Assembly: GCA_020624805.1 (NCBI GenBank)
Contig: JAHKVW010000017.1
Coordinates: forward strand, 6,185 to 70,184
Direction: 5' to 3'
Length of the DNA: 64,000 nt
Origin: a bacterium
GTDB taxonomy: Bacteria; Bacillota; Clostridia; Oscillospirales; Acutalibacteraceae
Part shown: piece by piece, positions 1 through 8,604 of the stretch
Position numbering within the stretch: the stretch's first letter is position 1
Layout: each line of letters begins with the position of its first letter
Made by a program: the position numbers and the translations under genes
Notes under the pieces: model-generated
What the model was told of the DNA's origin: nothing
Database searches by the model: none
What the model saw: only the letters and a program-made list of their open reading frames with translations

Positions 1-68
1 ACACAAAGGTCGCCGTCACGATAAACGGTTTTAGCGGTTCTTACCGCGATTACTCTGTCAAGTGTCAT
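1..68 (-). CDS. 5' end of a gene running off the window (MTLDRVIAVRTAKTVYRDGDLC...), possibly phosphotransferase/kinase-like
   Basis: GGGAGG RBS then ATG at 68, 16 nt after the adhE stop; frame open to the window edge. Family guess is from recall of the N-terminus only. Confidence 0.45.
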   Translation of the reverse strand, partial: MTLDRVIAVRTAKTVYRDGDLC

Positions 69-83
69 CTTTTTGTTCCTCCC

Positions 84-2807
84 TTACAGATTTTTATGGA
101 TGCCGTTCTTTGCTCTGCGAAACGACTGCTTGATGTCTTTTTTATCGAGCTTTCCGCCGAGTTGTTTTTCGTCGGGTGTATCGGTCTCCTCAAAGGTCTT
201 GCCGTAATACGCGTTCAGATACATCTGCTTGATCTCGCTCATCAGCGGATAGCGGGGGTTAGCGCCCGTGCACTGATCGTCAAACGCCTGTACGGTCATA
301 TCGTCCAGTCTGTCGAGGAAGTCCTGTTCGTCGGGAACATATTCCTTGATGGTGGATTTGATGCCGATCTTAGCCTTGAGCTCGTCGATCTTAGCGATCA
401 GGTTCGTGAGCTTCTCGCTGTCGTCCTTGCCGCCTACGCCGAGATAATCGGCGACCTCCGCGTAACGCGCGAGGGTATGCGGATGATCGTACTGCGGGAA
501 CGTACCCATCTTTGCGGGAACCTCAGCCGCGTTGAAGCGCAGCACCTCGTCGATCATCAGGGCGTTTGCCACGCCGTGAGGCAGGTGGTGGAAGGCGCCG
601 AGCTTATGCGCCATAGAGTGGCATACGCCGAGGAAGGCGTTGGCAAACGCCATACCCGCCATTGTGGCGGCATTCGCCATCTTCTCTCTGGCTTCGGCGT
701 CGTTCAGACCGTTGTCATAGGCTCTGGGCAGATATTCAAAGATCACCTTCAAGGCTCTGAGCGCTAAGCCGTCGGTATAATCCGTCGCCAGCATGGAAGC
801 ATAAGCCTCAAGCGCGTGGGTAACGGCGTCGATACCGGAGGCGGCGGTCAGTCCCTTGGGAGCGGTCATATGGAAATCGGTGTCGACGATCGCCATATTC
901 GGCAGCAGCTCGTAATCCGCGAGCGGATACTTAACGCCGGTCTTTTCGTCGGTGATAACGGCAAAGGGAGTGACCTCGGAGCCGGTGCCGGCAGAGGTCG
1001 GAATCGCGATAAAGTAAGCCTTTTCGCCCATCTTCGGGAAGGTGTAGATCCTCTTGCGGATATCGGAGAAGCGCATCGCCATATCCATAAAGTTGACTTC
1101 GGGATGCTCATAGAGCACCCACATGATTTTTGCCGCGTCCATCGCGGAGCCGCCGCCGAGAGCAATGATGGTATCCGGCTCAAAGGACTTCATCTGCTCG
1201 GCGCCTCTGATCGCGCAGGCGAGGGTGGGATCGGGCTCAACATCCGCGAAGGAGGTGTACTGGATCCCCAGCTCGTTGAGCTTATCGGTGATGGGCTTTG
1301 TATAGCCGTTCTTATACAGGAAGCTGTCGGTTACAAGGAACACGCGCTTCTTATTCATGACATTTTTCAATTCATCGAGGGCAACAGGCATGCAGCCCTT
1401 CTTGATATAGATCTTTTCGGGTGCTCTGAACCAAAGCATATTCTCTCTCCTTTCGGCAACTGTTTTGATGTTGATCAGGTGCTTGACGCCGACATTTTCG
1501 CTGACGGAGTTTCCGCCCCACGAGCCGCAGCCGAGGGTGAGCGAAGGCGCGAGCTTAAAGTTATACAGGTCGCCGATACCGCCCTGTGAGGACGGGGTAT
1601 TTACCAGGATACGGCAGGTCTTCATGCGTGCCGCAAATTCATCGAGCTTGTCCTTTTCGTTGACAGCGTCAATATAAATGGAGGAGGTATGACCGTAGCC
1701 GCCGTCCGCGACAAGCTGCTCCGCCTTGCCGAACGCGTCCTGAATGTTCTTTGCGCGGTACATGGCGAGAACGGGGCTGAGCTTTTCGTGAGCGAATTCC
1801 TCGCTGAGATCAACGGATTCTACCTCGCCGATCAGGATCTTCGTGCCGGCGGGAACCTTTACGCCCGACAGCTCGGCGATCTTAGCCGCCTTTTGTCCTA
1901 CGATCTTCGCGTTGAGAGAGCCGTTGATGATGATGGTTTTGCGAACCTTATCCAGTTCGTCGCCCTTTAAGAAGTAACAGCCGCGCGCCGCGAATTCCTG
2001 TTTGACGGCGTCGTAGATGCTGTCGAGTACGATCGTGGACTGCTCGGAAGCACAGATCATACCGTTGTCAAAGGTTTTGGAGTGGATGATCGAGTTGACG
2101 GCAAGGGTGACGTCAGCGCTCTCGTCGATGATCGCGGGAGTGTTGCCCGCGCCGACGCCGAGTGCCGGCTTACCGCTGGAATAAGCTGCTTTGACCATGC
2201 CGGGACCGCCGGTAGCCAGAATGATGTCAACTTCCTTCATCAAAAGGTTCGTCATATCCAGTGAGGGAACGTCGATCCACGCAATGATATCTTCGGGAGC
2301 GCCTGCCGCTATCGCAGCCTCCAAGACGACCTTTGCGGCTTCGATTGTGCTTTTCTTCGCGCGGGGATGCGGGCTGATGATGATCGCGTTTCTGGTTTTC
2401 AGACAGATCAGCGCTTTAAAAATAGCGGTAGAAGTGGGGTTGGTCGTAGGAATGACCGCGCCTACTACGCCGATCGGCTCGGCGATCTTCTTTGTGCCGA
2501 ACGCCTTGTCCTCTTCTATCACGCCGCAGGTCTTGGTGTCGCGGTACTGATTGTAGATATATTCGCTGGCGTAGTGGTTCTTGATGACCTTGTCCTCTAC
2601 GATACCCATACCGGTTTCTTCCACCGCCATTTGGGCGAGAGGGATCCTTGCCTGGTTTGCCGCGGTAGCAGCCGCTAAGAAGATGGCGTCAACCTGCTCC
2701 TGCGTGTAGCCGGCAAAGATCTTCTGTGCCGCTCTGGCTCTGTCGAGCGCGGCTTCCAGTTTTTCTACGCCGTCAACGATCTCATAATTTTTCTTTTTTG
2801 TTTCCAT
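84..2807 (-). CDS. adhE: bifunctional acetaldehyde-CoA/alcohol dehydrogenase
   Basis: 907 aa; ALDH half (PTTNPTST, ATGGPGMV, GMICASEQ) plus Fe-ADH half (GGGSAMD, PTSAGTGSE, GVCHSMAHKLG). Confidence 0.97.
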   Translation of the reverse strand: METKKKNYEIVDGVEKLEAALDRARAAQKIFAGYTQEQVDAIFLAAATAANQARIPLAQMAVEETGMGIVEDKVIKNHYASEYIYNQYRDTKTCGVIEEDKAFGTKKIAEPIGVVGAVIPTTNPTSTAIFKALICLKTRNAIIISPHPRAKKSTIEAAKVVLEAAIAAGAPEDIIAWIDVPSLDMTNLLMKEVDIILATGGPGMVKAAYSSGKPALGVGAGNTPAIIDESADVTLAVNSIIHSKTFDNGMICASEQSTIVLDSIYDAVKQEFAARGCYFLKGDELDKVRKTIIINGSLNAKIVGQKAAKIAELSGVKVPAGTKILIGEVESVDLSEEFAHEKLSPVLAMYRAKNIQDAFGKAEQLVADGGYGHTSSIYIDAVNEKDKLDEFAARMKTCRILVNTPSSQGGIGDLYNFKLAPSLTLGCGSWGGNSVSENVGVKHLINIKTVAERRENMLWFRAPEKIYIKKGCMPVALDELKNVMNKKRVFLVTDSFLYKNGYTKPITDKLNELGIQYTSFADVEPDPTLACAIRGAEQMKSFEPDTIIALGGGSAMDAAKIMWVLYEHPEVNFMDMAMRFSDIRKRIYTFPKMGEKAYFIAIPTSAGTGSEVTPFAVITDEKTGVKYPLADYELLPNMAIVDTDFHMTAPKGLTAASGIDAVTHALEAYASMLATDYTDGLALRALKVIFEYLPRAYDNGLNDAEAREKMANAATMAGMAFANAFLGVCHSMAHKLGAFHHLPHGVANALMIDEVLRFNAAEVPAKMGTFPQYDHPHTLARYAEVADYLGVGGKDDSEKLTNLIAKIDELKAKIGIKSTIKEYVPDEQDFLDRLDDMTVQAFDDQCTGANPRYPLMSEIKQMYLNAYYGKTFEETDTPDEKQLGGKLDKKDIKQSFRRAKNGIHKNL

Positions 2808-2822
2808 TGTTCTCCTCCTGAT

Positions 2823-3431
2823 TTAATCAATTTGCATACTGTGCAGATGTGCTAAGGATAATGCCAGGTTTTCGTTTTGCAGCGCGATGCCCTGCGGGAC
2901 CTTCAGCATAACGGGCGAAAAATTCCATATCGCCTCGATCCCGCTTGCGATCAGCTGATCGCAAACCGATTGCGCCGCGCTTGCCGGAACGGTGATGATG
3001 CCGATTTTGACGTCCTGGATCTGACAAAACCGCCGCAGCTGCTCCATGGGATAAACGGGCTTGCCGGACGTATTCCGGCTTTTCTCCGCATCCTTGTCAA
3101 ACGCCGCTATGATCTCCATCCCGTAATCACGGAAGCCGCTGTAATCCATCAAAGCGGCTCCGAGCTTGCCCGCGCCGACTAAAACAGCCGGCGTGACTTT
3201 GTTGACGCCCAGCGCTGCTTTCAGCGAAGCCGTCAGCGCGTCGGTATCATAGCCAGTTTTGGGCTTTCCTTTTCCGCACACAAGGCTCAGATCCTTGCGC
3301 ACCAAAACCTCACCCAAGTCGAGTGCTCTTGCGATTGCCGGCGCCGAAACATGTTCGGTTGTTACGTTTTCCACATAATGCAGATAAGCCGGCAGCCGAC
3401 CGAGCGTTGCTTTTGAAATTGCGGACTGCAA
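2823..3431 (-). CDS. rex: redox-sensing transcriptional repressor Rex
   Basis: wHTH (RLPAYL...VRKDL) plus Rossmann fold (LVGAGKLG, GIEAIWNFSP); directly upstream of adhE. Confidence 0.92.
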   Translation of the reverse strand: MQSAISKATLGRLPAYLHYVENVTTEHVSAPAIARALDLGEVLVRKDLSLVCGKGKPKTGYDTDALTASLKAALGVNKVTPAVLVGAGKLGAALMDYSGFRDYGMEIIAAFDKDAEKSRNTSGKPVYPMEQLRRFCQIQDVKIGIITVPASAAQSVCDQLIASGIEAIWNFSPVMLKVPQGIALQNENLALSLAHLHSMQID

Positions 3432-3704
3432 AGACTCACCTCCTGTTTGCTGTTTATCATTATACCGATAATTTCTTCCTATTTGAATAACGAAAAAGGT
3501 ATATCGGTAATATACTTATCGATATACCATATCTCGATTGACGGAATCTGATCCTCACGCAGTCATTTTGAGCGGCTGCAAAGGGTTTCTTTCAGCGAAA
3601 TACCGCGCGTTTTGCCTGCGGTGAACGCATAGGAATAGCGCTCTGCTTCGTTCCCGTCGCAGAAAAAAACAGCAGCCGCTCCCGGAAGGGAAGGGCTGCC
3701 GCGT

Positions 3705-4628
3705 TTATTGCAGACATTTGCTTTTGGAGTTGTACAGCTCGGTCATGAATTCCCGGTCGAGCTTGCTGAGCCGGTAATCCTTGCGGCATATTAGCATATC
3801 CCGGTAGAGCTTTTGGTTATCGGGACACGGCTTTTGCACCAGACCAAAGCCCGAAATGATATCGTCGGGCAGGGGAGAGACCCACATGAACGTATCCGGA
3901 TTATGAGCGAGCAGATGGAACTGACCGCCGCGCTCAAAAACATAGATGTTGCGGGAGCAGTTGACAGTATGTTCATCCTTTTGCACCGCTGCCGCGGGCA
4001 AAGAGGGAACATACGGGTCGGCGTGTGAGATCTTGATATACGGCTCCAGATCCAAATAGCGGATTTCCTCTTTTTGCGCGAGCGGATTCTTTGCGTTTAT
4101 CACCAACACATATCGGAACTCCGCGACCAATTCATACCGCAAGCCCTTTTCATCCAGCAGTGCCTTAAAATAATGATCAAAATGGGAGGCGTAACGGATG
4201 ATCCCCAAATGATAATTGTGCTCCAGTATGTTTTTGATCGCGCTGCTGGAGTTGGTTTCCTGATAATAGATCTCCGCTGAGCCCTTGTCGATACAGTTGG
4301 TGAATTTTGAGAAAGCGTCGGCGATATAGCTGGCACGGGGAACGGAAACAGAAAAGGTCTGTTTGGCGGGCAATTCCGCTTTATACATCGTTTCCAGCTC
4401 ATCGAGCTGTCTTAAGATGTTTTGGGCGTACCCGATGAATTCTTCGCCCTTGGGCGTCAGGATCATTCCCTTCGACGTGCGCAAAAAGATCGTGATCCCC
4501 AGATCGGCTTCAAGCTCCTTGATCGAACGGCTCAGATTCGGCTGTGCCACAAGCAGTGTTTCGCTTGCCTTGTTGATCGAACCGGCTTTCGCGACCTCGA
4601 CCGCGTATTTCATATGGATTACGTTCAT
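3705..4628 (-). CDS. LysR-family transcriptional regulator
   Basis: GSINKASETLLVAQPNLSRSIKELEADLGITIFLRTSKG LysR HTH; ATG at 4628 after a GAGGGTG RBS. Confidence 0.93.
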   Translation of the reverse strand: MNVIHMKYAVEVAKAGSINKASETLLVAQPNLSRSIKELEADLGITIFLRTSKGMILTPKGEEFIGYAQNILRQLDELETMYKAELPAKQTFSVSVPRASYIADAFSKFTNCIDKGSAEIYYQETNSSSAIKNILEHNYHLGIIRYASHFDHYFKALLDEKGLRYELVAEFRYVLVINAKNPLAQKEEIRYLDLEPYIKISHADPYVPSLPAAAVQKDEHTVNCSRNIYVFERGGQFHLLAHNPDTFMWVSPLPDDIISGFGLVQKPCPDNQKLYRDMLICRKDYRLSKLDREFMTELYNSKSKCLQ

Positions 4629-4898
4629 ACCGACACCCTCTTTTTGAACTGATAAAAGAATAGCATACTTCGTATCGAATTGCAATAACAATCAAGGGTT
4701 GTCGTCAAAAAAGCGACTGCTGAGTATTTTCGCAGAATGAAGATGTTCAGTATGGAGAAAACAGAGATCATTCCAATAGCGACAAACATCACCCGCCTGT
4801 CCACACAAATGTGAGCAGGCGGGTGACTGTTTTTATAAATGATGATCGGATCAATCGAAAATCAGCGTTATGTGAAGATCTGGATGGTATCAGATTCG

Positions 4899-5345
4899 CT
4901 AATTCTTTTTCCGGTAAAAGACGAATCCATCCTCAATCTTTATGATACGATAGCCTAATCTTTTGTAAAAAGCATTTGTCCGCTCATTCCAACAGGGGGT
5001 ATCCAGATCAAACTCAGTTGCATAGGGGAATTTCTTTTCTATGCATTCCATCAAACGGATTCCGTAGCCTTTTCTATGATAGACGCTGTCAATGAATATT
5101 CTGCCGATGTATATCCTGCTGTTTGTTTCATCCGGGAATATAATGGCAGCCCCGACCAAATCGTTTTCGATCATTGCCTGATACAAATGTCCCTCCCGCG
5201 CCATTTGTTGATGCCATTCCATCGAATCAAATCCGGGCGGACAGTCACCTTTTGCTCCGCCGACATTTACATCTGTTTCAAAAGCTCTGATAGACATAGC
5301 CACGATTTTTTCTACTTGATTAACATCTGCTTTGACAAGATACAT
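4899..5345 (-). CDS. GNAT-family N-acetyltransferase
   Basis: IFIDSVYHRKGYGIRLM (motif A) and NAFYKRLGY (motif B). Confidence 0.85.
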   Translation of the reverse strand: MYLVKADVNQVEKIVAMSIRAFETDVNVGGAKGDCPPGFDSMEWHQQMAREGHLYQAMIENDLVGAAIIFPDETNSRIYIGRIFIDSVYHRKGYGIRLMECIEKKFPYATEFDLDTPCWNERTNAFYKRLGYRIIKIEDGFVFYRKKN

Positions 5346-5723
5346 TTCATTTCTCCCCACTGTCTTACCACTTCCGTTTTATTATACCAAATTGATCAAT
5401 TCATTTCAAATCGTCAACGATCAGGTTTCCCAAAAGTGAGATAAGCAACCCTTTTGTAAAAAAGGTTTCCGAAAAGTAAGCCGTATCAATCGGCGGATAT
5501 CCGTCGGCTGATACGGCAGACTGCTGATTGTTTTTGTGTCACAGCGACATTTTACGGCTGCGGACAGCGGCGTAACGATCCATATCGCCGTGCCGTAATG
5601 AGGACAAGCAAAAACCGACTCGCTCCCGGTGATTTTGGAATATGTGAAAGGAAACTACTAAAACTGCTCTCAAATGCTGAGGGCAGTTTCTGTGTATTAT
5701 GGGCAAAAAAAGAACCTGTTATT

Positions 5724-5762
5724 TTGATATAACAGGTTCTGTGTTTTTGATGCGATACCGCC
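5724..5762. terminator. hairpin cluster including a likely terminator downstream of the M50-like gene (main stem ~5711-5740)
   Basis: AGAACCTGTTAT/ATAACAGGTTCT 12-bp stem with an A-tract on + (U-tract on -); further stems nearby. Confidence 0.5.
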
Positions 5763-5812
5763 CTGACACATTATCATCAAAGCGGTATCAGAACCATAAT
5801 GATGATCTTTGA

Positions 5813-6700
5813 TCAGAACCAAATTCCCGGGCAGAGGACGAAGGCGTCGAACAGGATGACTGCGATCGCGGCGATCCACAGCACCGGTTTTTTCTCATCA
5901 CAAATAGAGAAGTAATAGACGTTGTCCTTGCGCGGCTTTACGATATGCGCAACAAACATATAACCCCAGAAGAATCCGATCATGCCGAAGATGTTGATGA
6001 TCGGGCTGATGATCAGAAAGCTCTCCATGCTCGCTTTCGCGACCGGACCTCTGAGCTCGACAAGCGTGAACACAACAGCATTACACAGATACGGAAACAG
6101 ATAGAGCGCCGAAGCGACTCGATTGCGTTCCTTTTTATCGTTGTTGTCGCTGATGAAGTGATATGCCTGCCGCCACGCGATGTAGAATACAAAGAGGATG
6201 CCGAGACTTCCGACGATCAGCATGGCGACCCGCAGCACGATATTACCGTTGAAATTTTCAAGCACCTTTGCCCAGTCGCCCTGTTCAACATTGGGGGCGG
6301 GGTCGGGATCATACAGGAAGAAGTCCCTGAGAAAATAGCCGAAGCCCATACTGTAGTGCATGAGGGTCGTCATCAGGACGAGCGGTCTGCTCAACGCTCC
6401 CAGCCTTGCCTTTTTGAGTACGATCAACAGGACGGTTCCGATCAGGATATTCATCAGCGCCGCGGAACCGGAGAACATCACTTTCCAGAAGACCGAGTCA
6501 AGGTTTGCTGTCGCCGTTCCGTCAACGGTGCCCGCACAGCCGAACGCTAATAGCTCCGGCTTTGCGCCTGCGAACATCTGGGTCAGCAGATGGGTCGCCT
6601 CGTGCACGGGAGCGGTCAGGTTCATCGCGATGATCCCTAGCGCCAGGCAGTTGAGGATCATAAAAAGTCTTTTGTGTTGTTTCGCTTTATCCATGATCAT
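5813..6700 (-). CDS. multi-pass membrane protein, putative M50-like zinc metalloprotease
   Basis: HExxH (VHEATH) after TM1, later GD motif (EQGDW), several hydrophobic helices; overlaps the upstream gene's stop. Confidence 0.6.
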   Translation of the reverse strand: MIMDKAKQHKRLFMILNCLALGIIAMNLTAPVHEATHLLTQMFAGAKPELLAFGCAGTVDGTATANLDSVFWKVMFSGSAALMNILIGTVLLIVLKKARLGALSRPLVLMTTLMHYSMGFGYFLRDFFLYDPDPAPNVEQGDWAKVLENFNGNIVLRVAMLIVGSLGILFVFYIAWRQAYHFISDNNDKKERNRVASALYLFPYLCNAVVFTLVELRGPVAKASMESFLIISPIINIFGMIGFFWGYMFVAHIVKPRKDNVYYFSICDEKKPVLWIAAIAVILFDAFVLCPGIWF

Positions 6701-7176
6701 TTCCTCTTATAGATCGTATCGTTTCCCAGTGAGTCTTTTACGTTTAAGGTATCGCCGTCGATTGTGTATTCGAGTTCCGTCGGCACATCAACGCCTTCAT
6801 CTGTATATGTGATCTTCAAGGTGGAACCGTCGGCTTCATAGGTGAATCTCATCGCCTCTCCGAACATATCATATGAACCGGTGCCGTCCGCGTTAAAGGT
6901 ATAAACCATACCGCTCAGCTCGGCAAAATCCCAGGAACCGACAAGACCGGTATCGGCAGAGGCTTTCGCTTCTGTTTCGATTACAGCCTCGGTTTTTGCA
7001 GGCGCGGGGGCTTCGGTTGTTGCAGGCGCGGGAGCTTCGGTGGCTGTTGAGACTGTCGCCGATTCAGTCGGTGCCGTTGTTTCCTTCGTGTCGTTCTTCG
7101 CGCCGCAGGACGCCAAAGAGACCATAAGGAATAACGCGCAAATCAGCGAGATGATTTTGATGATGATAGCTTTCAA
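6697..7176 (-). CDS. lipoprotein with Thr/Ala/Pro-rich linker and small C-terminal beta domain
   Basis: TTG start after GGAGGAG; lipobox LASC; repeated TEAPAP linker; GSWDF...YTFNADGTG domain. Confidence 0.8.
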   Translation of the reverse strand: MKAIIIKIISLICALFLMVSLASCGAKNDTKETTAPTESATVSTATEAPAPATTEAPAPAKTEAVIETEAKASADTGLVGSWDFAELSGMVYTFNADGTGSYDMFGEAMRFTYEADGSTLKITYTDEGVDVPTELEYTIDGDTLNVKDSLGNDTIYKRK

Positions 7177-7209
7177 GATGATACTCCTCCCTTTCATTTT
7201 TTCACCGTC

Positions 7210-7278
7210 ATTATACGATAGCCGAAATGTGTTTTCAATAAAATGGGAACAAGCGGTAGGATATTCGGCGTGAACGGT
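7210..7278 (-). promoter_or_regulatory. LytTR-type direct repeats plus sigma70 promoter of the lipoprotein/M50 operon
   Basis: Minus strand: ACCGTTCAC-N12-ACCGCTTGT, 10 nt, TTGAAA-N17-TATAAT. Confidence 0.75.
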
Positions 7279-7299
7279 TCTTTTCAAAAAAAGCAGAGC

Positions 7300-7368
7300 G
7301 CCGTTTGTTCCCTGATAACTACCGCCTGTGCCGAATCGCTTGATTTACTTTGTCACTTTTACTATAAT
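7300..7368 (+). promoter_or_regulatory. LytTR-type direct repeats plus sigma70 promoter of the LytTR/DUF3021 operon
   Basis: GCCGTTTGT-N12-ACCGCCTGT, 10 nt, TTGATT-N17-TATAAT; same geometry as the divergent promoter. Confidence 0.7.
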
Positions 7369-7438
7369 CATCACATACCATAATAATATTCTGTTCAAAA
7401 AGCAGATGAAAGAATGATAACAGGGAGGAGCTGTCGGT

Positions 7439-7666
7439 ATGAAAACAGATCATGTCATACACGGAAGCTGCTCCCGTTTTGTTTGCCGATACTGTCGGAC
7501 AAAGTTCGGCTGGCGGCATCAGGCTTGGTGTGAGATTTCCGGCAGGACAGAACCCCTGTGTCAGGACTGCGGTTATTATCATCCGCCGTCGGAAGAATGT
7601 CGGCATCCGGCGATCAAACAAGAAAGGAGGGAGTTGCCGTATGAAGAAGATGAACATCCGCTTTGA
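7439..7666 (+). CDS. small Cys-rich protein (75 aa, 7 Cys)
   Basis: GGAGGAG RBS; CxxC x2; first ORF after the promoter; 3' end overlaps the LytTR start. Confidence 0.55.
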   Translation: MKTDHVIHGSCSRFVCRYCRTKFGWRHQAWCEISGRTEPLCQDCGYYHPPSEECRHPAIKQERRELPYEEDEHPL

Positions 7667-8108
7667 GCGCGATAAAACGCAAAAGGATATTGATATCGTC
7701 ATTCGAGCGAGTGAACAGGACGCGCAGGTCAGCGCTCTGATCAAGAGCCTGACACAGCACGATTCGCAAAAGCTCACGGTACTCGACCGCGATAACTGCT
7801 CCTGCGTGATCGACGAAGAAGAGATCATCTTTGTATCCGCGGACGGCAAAAACGTCCGTATCACGGCAGCAAGCGGCATTTACCGCGCGAAGCAAAGCCT
7901 ACAAAGTATCGAGGAGATCCTCAGCCGAAAATTCCTGCGCGTATCGCGCTTTGAGTTGATCAACCTCAGTATGGTACAAAAATACGACTTCACCATTGTC
8001 GGCACCCTGCGTATCGAATTCAACAACGGCATGGAAACATGGGCGTCGCGGCGGTATATCCCGCTGATCAGACAGCGACTCTCCGGAGAGGAGGGATACC
8101 TATGTTAA
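7641..8108 (+). CDS. stand-alone LytTR-family DNA-binding regulator
   Basis: AAAGGAGG RBS; LytTR signature FLRVSRFELINL...SRRY; no receiver domain. Confidence 0.9.
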   Translation: MKKMNIRFERDKTQKDIDIVIRASEQDAQVSALIKSLTQHDSQKLTVLDRDNCSCVIDEEEIIFVSADGKNVRITAASGIYRAKQSLQSIEEILSRKFLRVSRFELINLSMVQKYDFTIVGTLRIEFNNGMETWASRRYIPLIRQRLSGEEGYLC

Positions 8109-8566
8109 TGAAAACCTTAAAGGCGGCGGGGATCGGCTTTTTGATCGGTATGGTCGTCGGTAATCTGATCGCGATCCTGACCGGAAACTCGGATACGGGC
8201 GGCGTCACCTTTGCCTCGCAGAAGCTGCTCGATATGGCGGGCGGCAACGGTACGGTCGCCATGCTTCTCCAGAGCCTTTTCTCCGGACTCTACGGCGCGG
8301 TTTGCTTTGCCGGTATGTCCTTCTATGAGATCGAGCGAATGCCGCTGGCGGCGGCTACGGCGCTGCACTGCGCGCTGATCGTCCTGCTGTTCATCCCGAT
8401 CGCGCTCCTGCTCGGATGGGTGAGCGATATCGGTACCCTGCTGATCATATCCGGTATGCAGCTCGTCGGCTTCTTCATCATCTGGCTGATCATGTATTTC
8501 GGGTATAAAAAGCAGATACGAGAGCTTAACGAGATGCAAAAAGGCTTCAACAAAAAAGACAAGTAG
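8102..8566 (+). CDS. DUF3021-like membrane protein (LRS inhibitor type)
   Basis: 4 TM helices; FYEIERMPLAAATALH and FFIIWLIMY...KKQIRELNE motifs; coupled to LytTR. Confidence 0.8.
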   Translation: MLMKTLKAAGIGFLIGMVVGNLIAILTGNSDTGGVTFASQKLLDMAGGNGTVAMLLQSLFSGLYGAVCFAGMSFYEIERMPLAAATALHCALIVLLFIPIALLLGWVSDIGTLLIISGMQLVGFFIIWLIMYFGYKKQIRELNEMQKGFNKKDK

Positions 8567-8604
8567 GTTCGTAATTGTATTGATCACCGAAAGGAGTAAT
8601 CCAA

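Noticed and set aside
3499-3529. GGTATATCG-N13-CGATATACC palindrome upstream of rex
   Set aside because: Does not match Rex consensus; cannot be assigned to a regulator from sequence alone.
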